From the NCBI GenBank assembly GCA_028826165.1, contig JAPDFW010000114.1, forward strand, positions 966,942 to 1,030,941: 64,000 bases of DNA, in the 5' to 3' direction. The stretch's first letter is position 1; every line of letters begins with the position of its first letter. This document shows positions 35,462-47,617 of this stretch, in pieces. Made by a program: the position numbers and the translations under genes. This DNA comes from Anaeramoeba ignava BMAN (taxonomy: Eukaryota; Protista; Anaeramoebae). The notes under the pieces are model-generated. The model saw nothing but the letters and a program-made list of their open reading frames with translations. It was not told where the DNA came from and searched no databases.

Positions 35462-37964
35462 TTAATTTGTTCCACTTAAAAGTTTAAGAATGTTTTCGGT
35501 TTTTTCATCTAAAGAATTAAAATCAATTTTGCAATTTGAAAGGTTTTTCTGTTCAATATTTATTCCAAATTCATTATTAAGCATTTCAAGATAAATATCC
35601 ATATGCATTGTTTTTGGAAGAAAAGAAATAAAGTTAAGAAATTCTGTCAAATCAATAATTAAATCATTTTGTGTATAAAAATTTTGCTTTTTTAATTTGA
35701 GCCAATCAAAGAAACAAGAAAGAACGAAATAAAATGAATTAGAATTTTGGAACGGATTTTTTGAAGAATTAATTTTTTGTGTAATAAAAGAATAGAAATC
35801 AGAAGATTTTTCATTTGATTTTTCATCTGATTTTTGATTTGATTTTAAATTGGATTTTTCATTTGATTTTTGATTTGATTTTTGATTGGATTTTAAATTG
35901 GATTTTTCATTTGATTGCAAATTGGATTTTAAATCGGATTCAAATGGAGAACGAAGCATTGAATCTAAAATTGATTTGTGATCTTTGTTTTTCGAAAAAA
36001 AATTTTCTTCTTGCATAATTTTGTTTTCAAAAGAAGTGAGTATTTGGTAAATTTGTGACAATGAAAATGAAAAAGACTTAATAAAATGGGTAAAATAAAT
36101 CAAATTAGTCAAAATTGGTTTTTTTTCCATTTGTTTAAGTTGAGCTTTTTCTCGGTTTTTTGGATCATCAAAACTAGAAAGTGTTGAAAATGTTGCAAAT
36201 AAACTTGGATCCAACGTAAATATAAATGCTGAAATGACAACAGAAAATTTCTCGTTGTCATCGCTCAACAAATTATTTAGAATTCCATCCAAAAAATTTC
36301 CCGAATTTATTAAATTTGTTGAGTATCCAAAATCAATACTTTTGGAAGAGATTTTTGGAACACAATTTTCATCAGCTTGAATATTTTCCAATAAAGATTC
36401 TGGTAATTTTTTATTTAAGTCGTCTTGAATAAACATCATTCCTTGAACAATTCCTCTTAAAATTTCGAGGAGTTTTCTTTCAGGATATTCCTCGTTTGTT
36501 TTGATGAAACTTCCCAAACTGAGAACATTTGAAAATTTATATGATTTAAAAGCAAATCCAAAATATTTCTTTTTGCGGTGAGTTGTGGAAAAATAACCGA
36601 TGAATTTTGTGAAATTTTCATGTGAATTGAGCGAGTGAAGAATTTTTAGTCTTTGTGAAAAAGAGTCTTGAGTAAATGAATCCACAGGTTCCAAAATAAT
36701 ATCAACAAGAAATGAAGGATTTGAAAGAATTCTTCCGTAAGATTGTAAAAAATATTTTCCTTTCTGTTTAATTGTAATGTCTGTGTGAATATTGATCCAA
36801 TAATACAATTCCAAAATATTTTCCAAATTGTGGCGAAGTTGAATATTTCGCGTGATTTGATTTTGTTTGATAAACCATTTGTAAACAATATCGAAAGATG
36901 GGATATATTTTGTGAGATTTAGTGTTGTTTTATTTCCATGAAGTAATAAAAGTGCAAATAGTCTTAAATCTTCTTTTGAAAGTGCGATTTCCATTGGCAA
37001 TTCAACTTCTTTTATTCCTGTATTTTGTGATTCTGGATATTTAGTCATTAGAAAATCAACTAATTCATAATTTGATTGATAGCAAGCATAATAAAGAAGA
37101 GTTTTTCCGTTGTTATCCCAGAGGATATCCAATTTGAATCCTGAATTAATTGCTGTTTTTACATAAGGTATCATTTTTGGATGAAGAAGGTATTGGAATA
37201 GATTCTATTTATTTAAATATTGAATTTAACTTTTAATTTTGAATTTTAAATATGAAATTTTCAAAAAAAAGTACATCAACTTGATTCAAAGTAATATTAT
37301 TAGGAGATAATTTGTGAATAAATTGAGTTTCTTCATTTATATTCTCTTTAAAATTCGGAAAATAACCATCAATAAATTTTCGAATATGAGATATCATAAA
37401 TATAGAGTTCGTTTGCTGAATAGGATATAAACCTTTATCATTAACAATTTTTGGATCAGCTTTAAATTTTAATAAAATTTTCACAATAGGAACACTATCT
37501 TGTTCAACCGCAATATGTAAAGCAGTTTTATGATTACAAATTTGATTTGGATTAGCACCATTGTTTAGTAATAGTTTTATTGAATCCAGTTGTTCATCTT
37601 TAATTGCTAAAATTAATGCTGAATCTCCATTTGGAATTGTTTCATTTGGATCTTCTTTATTTTGTAAAAAAGTAGTTAATAAGAAAATATCCCGAGTTGA
37701 TATTGCTCTTAATAAAGAAAATGGTTTTCTTTGTGAGATTCTATTAAGTTCATTTGCTTTCTTGTTTTTTTTTTATTATAATTTCCATTTCAAATTATTT
37801 TTTTTTTAAATTAAAATTCCATTTTTTTTTTTCCTTTTTCTTTCTTTGTTTGTTTTTTTTTTTACTGTAAGATCCCAATCACAAACTGTTAGAAAAAATA
37901 AAGCTTCTCTTTTTGCTATTTCTGGATGTTGTTTAATGAATTTTTGAAGAAGATTTTTTTCCAT
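35462..37964 (-). CDS. UBA-like, ankyrin-repeat and degenerate (pseudo)kinase domain protein
   Basis: Exon 37964-37866 (FIKQHPEIAKREALFFLTVCDWDLT) spliced to 37760 (KANE..GDSALILAI..HKTALHIAV..GLYPI), then about 37204-35462 (GKTLLYYAC; HENFTKFIGY..ILRGIVQGMMFI..ENIQADENCVPKI). Confidence 0.65.
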
Positions 37965-38049
37965 TTAAAAAAAAATGAAAAAAGAAAAAAATGAAAAAAA
38001 AAAAAAGGAAAAAAAAATATCAAAACATTTTTTCTTTACAAAAAAGTGG

Positions 38050-38800
38050 ATTTAAATTTAAATTGATATTTATATTTAAATTTATATTTAAATTTAAATT
38101 TATATTTATAATTATAATTATATTTATATTTATAATTATATTTATATTTATATTTATATTTATATTTATATTTATATTTATATTTATATTTATATTTATA
38201 TTTATATTTATATTTATATTTATATTTTGATTTGGATTTTGATTTGGATTGATATTTATATTTATATTTATATTTATATTTATATTTTGATTTGGATTTG
38301 GATTTTGATTTGGATTGATATTTATATTTTGATTTATATTTTGATTTGGATTTTGATTTGGATTGATAATTATATTTATATTTATATTTATATTTATATT
38401 TATATTTATATTTATATTTATATTTATATTTATATTTATATTTATATTTTGATTTATATTTATATTATATTTATATTTATATTTATATTTATATTTATAT
38501 TTATATTTATATTTATATTTATATTTATATTTATAATTATATTTATATTTATATTTTGATTTTGATTTTGATTTTGATTTTGATTTGGATTTGGATTTTG
38601 ATTTTGATTTGGATTTGGATTGATATTTATAATTATATTTATATTTATATTTATATTTATATTTATATTTATATTTATATTTATATTTATATTTATATTT
38701 ATATTTATATTTATATTTATATTTATATTTATATTTATATTTATATTTATATTTATATTTATATTTTTATTTATATTTATAATTATTTAATTTGGATTGA
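38050..38800. repeat. (ATATTT)n / (GATTTT)n microsatellite
   Basis: Read directly; explains the spurious IYIY/IFIF ORFs. Confidence 0.95.
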
Positions 38801-38996
38801 AAAATTTTATTAGTTTCAAAATATACCCCTTTTAAAAAATTTAAAAAAAAACCCCTTTTTTTTGATCAATAAAAAAAAAATAAATTTAAAAGAAAAGATC
38901 CAAAAAAAGAAAATAAATCATTTTTCTTTTTATTTTTTAATTATTTTTTTAAATTTTTATTTTTTAATTTTTAAGTTTTTTTTTATTAGAAAAAAA

Positions 38997-39545
38997 ATGG
39001 AAAAAAAAGAAATAGAAGTACAAGAAGATTTTACAAAGAAAAACTCAGTATTAGATTTCAAAATGAAAGATATTAAAGGAGAAGAAGTAGATTTATCAAT
39101 TTACAAAGGAAAAGTAGTAATGATAGTAAATGTAGCAAGTAAATGTGGATTTACAAAACAATATGAAGGATTAGAATCTATTTATGAAAAATATAAAGAT
39201 CAAGGATTTGTGATTTTAGGATTTCCTGCAAATAATTTTTTGTGGCAAGAACCAAAAGGAAATTCAGAAATTTTGAAATTTTGTTCAACAAAATATCATG
39301 TCACTTTTCCAATGTTTAGTAAAATTTCAGTTAAAAAAGAACCTTTATATAAGTTTTTAACTTCAAAAGAAACTGATCCAAATTTTTCAGGAAAAATTAC
39401 TTGGAATTTTAATAAATTTATTATTGGAAGAAATGGGAAAATTGTCGCAAGATTTGGATCAAGAAAAACTCCAGAATCTGATGAAATAATTAAAACAATA
39501 GAAAAGGAATTAAAAGAAGAATTAAAAGAAGAAAAAGAATTTTAA
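38997..39545 (+). CDS. gpx: Cys-type glutathione peroxidase-family protein (bacterial-like)
   Basis: VNVASKCGFT, LGFPANNF..QEP and WNFNKF signatures; likely start is ATG 38997, since the upstream ORF extension is low-complexity. Confidence 0.95.
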   Translation: MEKKEIEVQEDFTKKNSVLDFKMKDIKGEEVDLSIYKGKVVMIVNVASKCGFTKQYEGLESIYEKYKDQGFVILGFPANNFLWQEPKGNSEILKFCSTKYHVTFPMFSKISVKKEPLYKFLTSKETDPNFSGKITWNFNKFIIGRNGKIVARFGSRKTPESDEIIKTIEKELKEELKEEKEF

Positions 39546-39867
39546 TTTTAAAAAAAAAGAAGAAAAAAAAATTTAAATAAAAATCTTTGTTTAAAACAAT
39601 TTTTGCTTTTTTTCGTATTTTTTAATTTAATTTTTATTTTAATTTTAATTTTAATTTTAATTTTAATTTTAATTGGCGGAAAATAATTCAATTTTAATCC
39701 CTCTCTTTTTTTTCTCCTTTCTTTTTATTTTTTTTTCTTTTAATTTTTTTGCTTTTTTTTTTTAATTTCATTTTTTTCCTTTTATCAAATTTTTTTTTTT
39801 CGTTTATCAAATTTTTTTTCAATTTTAAAAATAAAACAAAATCAAACAAAATAATAAAACAAAATAA

Positions 39868-42800
39868 ATGGATAGCTCTTATGCACAACTTTTGGAAGAA
39901 TGGAAAAAAGTCGCAAGTGTAAGTTTATAAAATCAAAAATATAATTTTTTTAAATGCAAAAAAACAGACTTTTGCCAATTTGATCTTTTTGGAAATTAAT
40001 TATTTTTTTTTGTTCCTTTTTTTTTATTAATTTATATTAATTTATATTAAATTTAATTTTTCTTTGAATAGAATATTCTTCAACCAATGAAAATACAAGA
40101 ACCTCATGTTGGAAAAGTTAATGTTGTTGTTTCAACACCAAAATATTATTTTTCAGCTGGAGAAGATAATTTAATTTATCAATTTAATATTAAAGTAAAT
40201 ATTTGATTTTATTTTGATTTAGTTTAATTTAATTTGATTTAATTTAATTTAATTTTGATTTATTTTAATTTAAATATTTGATTTAATTTGATTTAATTTT
40301 GATTTGATTTGATTTAAATTTGATTTGATTTAATTTTGATTTATTTTGATTTGATTTAATTTAATTTGATTTGATTTGATTTGATTTAATTTAATTTAAA
40401 TATTTGGATTTGATTTGATTTAATTTTGATTTAATTTTGATTTAAATATTTTGATTTGATTTGATTTAATTTAATTTAATTTAATTTAATATTAATTTAA
40501 TTTAATTTAATTTAATTTAATTTAAATATTTGATTTAATTTGATTTAATTTAATTTGATTTGATTTAAATTTGATTTTGATTTAATTTTAATTTTTGATT
40601 TAAATATTTGATTTAATTTAATTTAATTTAATTTGATTTGATTTAATTTAATTTAATTTAATTTAATTTAATTTAATTTTGATTTAAATTTAATTTGATT
40701 TGATTTTAATTTAAATATTTGGATTTGATTTAATTTAATTTAATTTAATTTAAATTAATTTAATTTAATTTGATTTAATTTTAATTTAATTTAATTTGAT
40801 TTGATTTAATTTAATTTGATTTAAATATTTGGATTTGATTTAATTTAATTTGATTTAAATATTTGGATTTGATTTAATTTAATTTAATTTAATTTTAATT
40901 TAATTTTGATTTGATTTGATTTGATTTAATTTAATTTAAATTTGATTTAATTTAATTTAGTTTAAATATTTGGATTTGATTTAATTTGATTTAATTTAAT
41001 TTTAATTTAATTTTGATTTGATTTGATTTGATTTAATTTAATTTAATTTGGATTTAAATATTTAAATTTGATTTAATTTAATTTAATTTAATTTAATTTT
41101 GATTTAATTTGATTTAATTTTGATTTAAATATTTGGATTTAATTTTATTTAATTTAATTTGGATTTAAATATTTGGATTTGATTTGATTTAATTTTGATT
41201 TAATTTTAATTTAAATATTTGGATTTGATTTTAATTTAAATATTTGATTTAATTTAATTTAATTTAATTTAATTTAATTTAATTTTGATTTAATTTAATT
41301 TAATTTAATTTGGATTTAAATATTTGGATTTAATTTAATTTAATTTAATTTAAATGATTTAAATATTTGGATTTGATTTAATTTAATTTAATTTAATTTT
41401 GATTTAATTTAAATTTAATTTAATTTGATTTAATTTGATTTAATTTTGATTTGATTTTAATTTAATTTGATTTGATTTATTTTTTGAATTTAAATATTTG
41501 GATTTAATTTAATTTAATTTAATTTAATTTTGGATTTGATTTAATTTAAAATTTTGATTTGATTTGATTTGATTTTTTAAATATTTAAATTTGATTTAAT
41601 TTAATTTAAATTTGATTTAATTTAATTTAATTTAATTTAATTTAATTTAATTTTAATTTAGTTTAAATATTTGGATTTGATTTTAATTTAGTTTAAATAT
41701 TTGGATTTGATTTAATTTAATTTAATTTTAATTTAATTTAATTTGATTTAATTTGATTTAAATTAATTTAATTTGATTTAATTTAATTTTGATTTAATTT
41801 AAAATTAATTTGGATTTAAATATTTGGATTTAATTTGATTTAAATTAATTTGATTTGATTTAATTTAATTTTAATTTAATTTAATTTTAATATTTGGATT
41901 TAATTTGATTTAATTTAATTTAATTTGATTTAATTTGATTTAATTTAATTTAATTTAATTTAATTTAATTTAATTTAATTTAATTTAATTTTAATTTAAA
42001 TATTTGGATTTAATTTAATTTAATTTAAGTATTTGGATTTGATTTAATTTAATTTAATTTAATTTGATTTGATTTGATTTAATTTGATTTGATTTAATTT
42101 AATTTAATTTAAGTATTTGGATTTGATTTAATTTAATTTAATTTGATTTGATTTGATTTAATTTGATTTGATTTGATTTGATTTAATTTGATTTAAATGA
42201 TTTGATTTAATTTAATTTTAATTTAATTTTAATTTAATTTAATTTGATTTAATTTAATTTAATTTAATTTAATTTAATTTAATTTAATTTAATTTTGATT
42301 TAATTTTGATTTGATTTAATTTAAATTAAATAATTTGATTTGATTTGATTTAATTTAAATTAAATATTTGGATTTGATTTGATTTAATTTAGTTTAAATA
42401 TTTGGATTTGATTTTAATTTAATTTAATTTAAATGATTTGATTTAATTTAATTTAATTTAAATGATTTGATTTTAATTTAATTTAATTTAAATGATTTGA
42501 TTTAATTTAATTTAATTTAATTTAAATGATTTAATTTAATTTAATTTAATTTTGATTTAATTTAAATGATTTGATTTAATTTAATTTATTTAATTTTAAT
42601 TTTGATTTGATTTAATTTAAATTAAATAATTTGATTTTGATTTGATTTAATTAGACTGATGCGGAAATTCATGTTTATAAAAAACATTTATCACCAATAC
42701 ATTGCCTTCAAATTCAAGATAAATATATGATAAGTGGAGATGAGAATGGATTACTTGTTTGTTGGAATATCCAAAAAAGAGATTGTTCTTGGTCACAAAA

Positions 42801-45800
42801 TGCACATACAAATGGAGTTACTGCTATTCATATCGATAGAAATTTTCATTTATTTACTGGTGGAAACGATAATATGATTTATGAATGGGATATTGAAACA
42901 GGAAAGCAAATATCACGTTTTGAGGGGCACACAGCCAAAATTAATCAACTTTATTCAACATTTAATAAAAATCCGATTTTGTTTTCTTGTAGTGATGATA
43001 ATTTTGCATATTGTTGGGATTGTGTAAAATTTGAATATTTGATTTTTGAATTTGGTTTTTTTAATATTGAAAAAAAAAAATAGAAAACAAGAAAGAAATC
43101 GGTAAAATTTGCAGGTCATAAAGATAGCGTTTTATGTTTATTTTATGATGAATTATCAAGAGTTCTTTTTACAGGTTCTGCAGGTATTTTTTAATTTATT
43201 TTAATTTAATTTAATTTAATTTAATTTAATTTTAATTGAATTTAAAAAAAAAAAAGATAAAACTGTATTTTCTTGGGATATTAGAGTAAGTTCTTAAAAA
43301 AAGTTCTTAAAAAAGTTCTTAAAAAAAATTATTTTTTTTAAAAAAAAAGAAAGGATCAACAAACCGAAAATATATAGGAAACGAAAATGCAATTACACAA
43401 ATCCACGTGAACCAAAGCTTTTTATTTACATGCTGTAAAGATGGAAGACTTGGGGTAATCAAAATAAAAGCAAGCAAAAGAGACACATTCACATTTCTTG
43501 AAGGACATAAAGAAGAAATAACAAATTTAATTGTACTTCCTGATCGAATGATAACGTCTTCATTAGATAACACAATACGGCTTTGGAGACACAAGAGTAG
43601 CAGTTCTAAAGTGATATACGAAGGTCATACAAAGGGAATCACAACAATATCAATGAATCCTGAACAAATATTAATTTCAGGAGGAAAAGATTCGAAAGTG
43701 ATAAGATGGCCAAAAGTTGAAATTAAATCACGATCTGGATCAATCATTGTGGAAAGTAAGGAACAGAAGGAGGCGCAGTATAAGGATTACGACGAGACCA
43801 TTTTGCACAATAAGATTAGTCTTGAAAAAGTCTCCATTTGGGTTAATGACAAACAACATTCAGTGCCGGGTGATTTGAATATTATCGAAGCTTGTCGCTA
43901 TATCGGGGTTCCAGTACATTCTCTCTGCTACCATCCGCGTCTTCATCCTTTGTCGACTTGCAAATGCTGCGCAGTCGAAGTTGAAACTGGTCTCAATAAT
44001 CTTAGAAAAGCAGGTGCTTGTGCAACAATAGTCAAAAAGGGAATGAAAATTTATACAGATACTATCACTGTTAAAGACCAACAACGCCAGGCAATTCTCG
44101 AGCTAAGACTCAAACAGAGAAGCCGAGCACTTCTTTCCAAAGGCGAGACCTTCGATGATTCAACGGAATTTGGAAGGCTTCTGAGAGATATTTCGGATAT
44201 TTTTATTGATGACTCAAATAAGGCTATTCGAGTTGATTTATCAAAATGTATTGATTGCGCCAGATGCGCTCAAGTGTGCAAGTCTGTGCAGAAAATGGGT
44301 GTCATCTCATTTCCAGCAAAATCAATCAATGCGATAGAAACTGCTTTCCGAACAAATGGAAAGTATTTGATTGATACGCAATGTATTGCTTGTGGTCAAT
44401 GTTCTGTTTTTTGTCCAACTGGTGCTATTTCTGAATATGACAATACTCCTGAAGTAGAACGTGAACTCGAATCAGGCGGAAAGACTCTTGTTGTTGGAAT
44501 TGCTCCTTCTGTTCGTGTTACTTTATCTGAAGAATTTGGAAAAGCTCCTGGTGAGATTTCTGCTGGAAAGTTTGCTTCTGCTCTTAGAATGCTTGGTTTT
44601 CAATATGTTTTTGATGTTCAATTTTTTGCTGATTTAACAATTATGGAGGAAGGTTCAGAACTTTTGAAAAGGTTGAAAGATCCTGATGCTGTTTTGCCAA
44701 TGTTTACTTCTTGTTGTCCTGCATGGATTAATATGGTTGAGAAAGTATGTTTTGTGAATCAAATCAATTTAAATCAATTTAAATCAATTTTAAATCAATT
44801 CAAAACTAATTCAAATCCAATTCAAATTCAATTCAAATCCAATTCAAATTAAAATCAATTTAAATCAATTTAAAATCAAATTAAATTGATTTAATATTCA
44901 AAATATTAAATAAAAATAGCTTTATCCCGAACTTATTCCACATCTTTCAAGTGCAAAATCTCCTCAACAAATGTTTGGTGCAATTGTTAAATCTTATTTT
45001 GCTAAGAAAATTAAAGTAAAAAGAAAAGATATTTATTGTGTATCAATTATGCCATGCACAGCCAAAAAACAAGAATTAAGAAGAGAACAAATGCAAACTA
45101 ATGGTATTCGAGATGTAGATGTAAGTTTAACTGTTCGAGAAATTGCAAGAATGTTTAAAAAAAAGAATATTGATTGGGAAAAAATAGTTGAAGGTGAATT
45201 TGATGATCCATTAGGTACATCTTCAAGTTCAGGATCTTTATTTGCTGCAACTGGAGGAGTTATGGTAAATAACAATATCAATATCAAAATCAAAATTCAA
45301 ATTCAAAACCAAAATCAAAATCAAAATCAAAATCAAAATCAAAATCAAAATCAATATCAAAATCAAAATCAAAATCAAAATCAAAATCAAAATCAAAATC
45401 AAAATCAAAATTAAAATCAAAATCAAAATCAATATCAAAACCAAAATTAAAATTAAAATCAAAATCAATATCAAAATTAAAATCAAAATCAAAATTAAAA
45501 TAAATCAAAATCAAAATCAAAATCAAATTCAAATTCAAAATCAAAATTAAAAATCAAAATCAAAATAAAAATCAAAATCAAAATCAAAATTAAAAATCAA
45601 AATCAAAATCAAAATTAAAATTAAAATCAAAATCAAAATCAAAATCAAAATCAAAATCAAAATCAAAATCAAAATCAAAATCAAAATCAAAATCAAAATC
45701 AAAATCAAAATTAAAATCAAAATCAAAATCAAAATTAAAATCAAAATCAAAATCAAAATCAATATCAAATTCAAAATTAAAATCAAAATCAAAATCAAAA

Positions 45801-47188
45801 TCAAAATCAATATTAAAATCAAAATCAAAATCAAAATCAATATAAAAATCAATATTAAAATCAAAATTAAAATCAAAATCAAAATCAAAATTAAAATCAA
45901 AATAAATCAAAATCAAATTCAAAATCAAAATTAAAATCAAAATCAATATTAAAATCAAAATCAAAATTAAAATCAAAATCAAAATATAAATTAAAGGAAG
46001 CTGCTTTAAGAACAGCTTATGAAATTGAAACAGGAGAAATATTTCCAAAATTAACTTTCCAAGAAATAAGAGGATTGGAAAAATTCAAATTAGGAGAAGT
46101 AACTATCAAAAACAAAGAATTACAAGTAGGAGTTCTGAACAGTGGAGCAGCAATTCATGATTTCATTCATAAATTCAAAAAAGGAGATCTTCAAACGGCA
46201 AAAAATGAAAAAATATCAAATTTGATATTTGTAGAATTTATGGCATGCCCAGGAGGATGTATAGGAGGAGGAGGACAACCAAGATCCAGCATAAACATTC
46301 TACCACAAAGAATAGAAGCAGTTTATAACAACGAATTTTCATTACCTTTTCGAAAATCGCATGATAATGAGAAAATCAAGGAACTTTATTCAGAATTTTT
46401 AAAAGAACCTTTATCTGAAAAATCAGAAGAATTACTCCACACAAGATACAAACCAAACCAGCGTCATGAAGAAGCAGAGGTTCATAAATCAACTGATACT
46501 TTAAGTATTTTCCAAGAAGGTCTCATTCCCAAAAATTCAGTTCTTGTTTTATTTGGTTCACAAACAGGAACTGCAGAGTTGGCTGCTATTAAAATCACTC
46601 AAAATTTATTGAAGGCAAAAATCAAAGCTAGACTTGTTGAAATGAATCATTATAAAGTCGGCAATTTGATTTCTGAATTGTTTGTTATTTTTGTTACTTC
46701 CACTTTTTGGGAAGGTTCTTTTCCAGAAAATGCAATCGAGTTTTGGAATGATTTGCAAAAATTAACTACTCGTTTAAGAAAATTGAGATTTGCAATATTT
46801 GGTTTAGGAAATTCAACATATGCTCATTTTAATCATGCTGGTCAATTACTTCAATCTCAAATGCAAAAGCTTGGTGCAATAGAAATGCATGATTTTGGAC
46901 GAGGAGATTGTGAAGCTGTAGAAGGGTAAACAGATATTTTTCGATTAAATATCAAATTTTGAATTTTGAATTTTGAATATTAAATATTAAATATTGAATT
47001 GAATTAAATATTGAATTGTAAATTGAATATTAAATTGAATATTGAATTGTAAATTGAATATTAAATTAAATTAAATTTTGATTTCATTTTTATTTTAATT
47101 TAGGTATTTAACTGAATTAAAACCTTGGATTGAAACTCTTGTAAAAGTTTTACATAAAAATATTCCAAAAGATATGAGAGTTAATTGA
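39868..47188 (+). CDS. hydA: WD40-repeat / [FeFe]-hydrogenase / flavodoxin fusion protein
   Basis: Exons 39868-39918, 40072-40194, 42655-43023, 43084-43183, 43257-43285, 43350-44744, 44920-45264, 45997-46925, 47104-47188. WD40 repeats (GH..W[DNR]), [2Fe-2S] domain, two [4Fe-4S] motifs (CIDCARCAQVC; CIACGQCSVFCP), H-cluster motifs FTSCCPAW, MPCTAKKQE and EFMACPGGCIGGGGQP, then flavodoxin (LFGSQTGTAE..TSTFWEG..FGLGNSTY..F..RGD..W). Confidence 0.92.
40200..42650. repeat. (ATTTA/ATTTG)n tract filling a 2.46-kb hydrogenase intron
   Basis: Between GT at 40195 and AG at 42653-42654. Confidence 0.9.
45270..45990. repeat. (AAAATC)n tract in a hydrogenase intron
   Basis: Between GT at 45265 and AG at 45995-45996. 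Confidence 0.9.
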
Positions 47189-47617
47189 ATTGTTCTTTTC
47201 AAACTGTTTTTTTTTTTTCAAAATACAAAAAAAAGAACCAAAAAAAAAATTATTTTTTTTGATTGATCAAATTTGTTTTAATTTTTCTTTTAATTTTTAC
47301 TTCTATTCTTTCTCTTTTAATCTTTCTCTTTTTATAATTTGATTTTTTTTAATTTGATTTTTTTAAAAAGTTTTGCCAGAAAAAAATAAAAAAGAAAATT
47401 TAAAAAAAGATCTTTTTATTTTGAATATTTTAAAATAGAAAATTTGTTTAAAATTTAAACTTCTTCTTCTTTTTTTTATTTATTTTTTTATTTCAAAAAT
47501 TTTTTTTTTAATTTTGTTTTTCATTTTTCATTTTTCATTTTCTTTCTTTGAAATTTTTTTCGTTTTTTTTTTTTCTTTTATATAATAAAAAAAACAAATT
47601 ATTTTACTTAAATTTAA

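Noticed and set aside
37991-38813. ORFs of IFIF/IYIY type, and similar ones at 45238-46048, 50359-50763, 60678-61277 and 5207-5399
   Set aside because: Translations of microsatellites or antisense of low-complexity coding sequence
39000-39200. Selenocysteine GPx
   Set aside because: The active-site codon is TGT (Cys), not TGA
39868-47188. Nar1/NARF (CIA pathway) rather than a hydrogenase
   Set aside because: It retains TSCCPAW, MPCxxKxxE and ExMACxxGCxxGGGQP plus a CpI-like F-domain, which are features of catalytic hydrogenases
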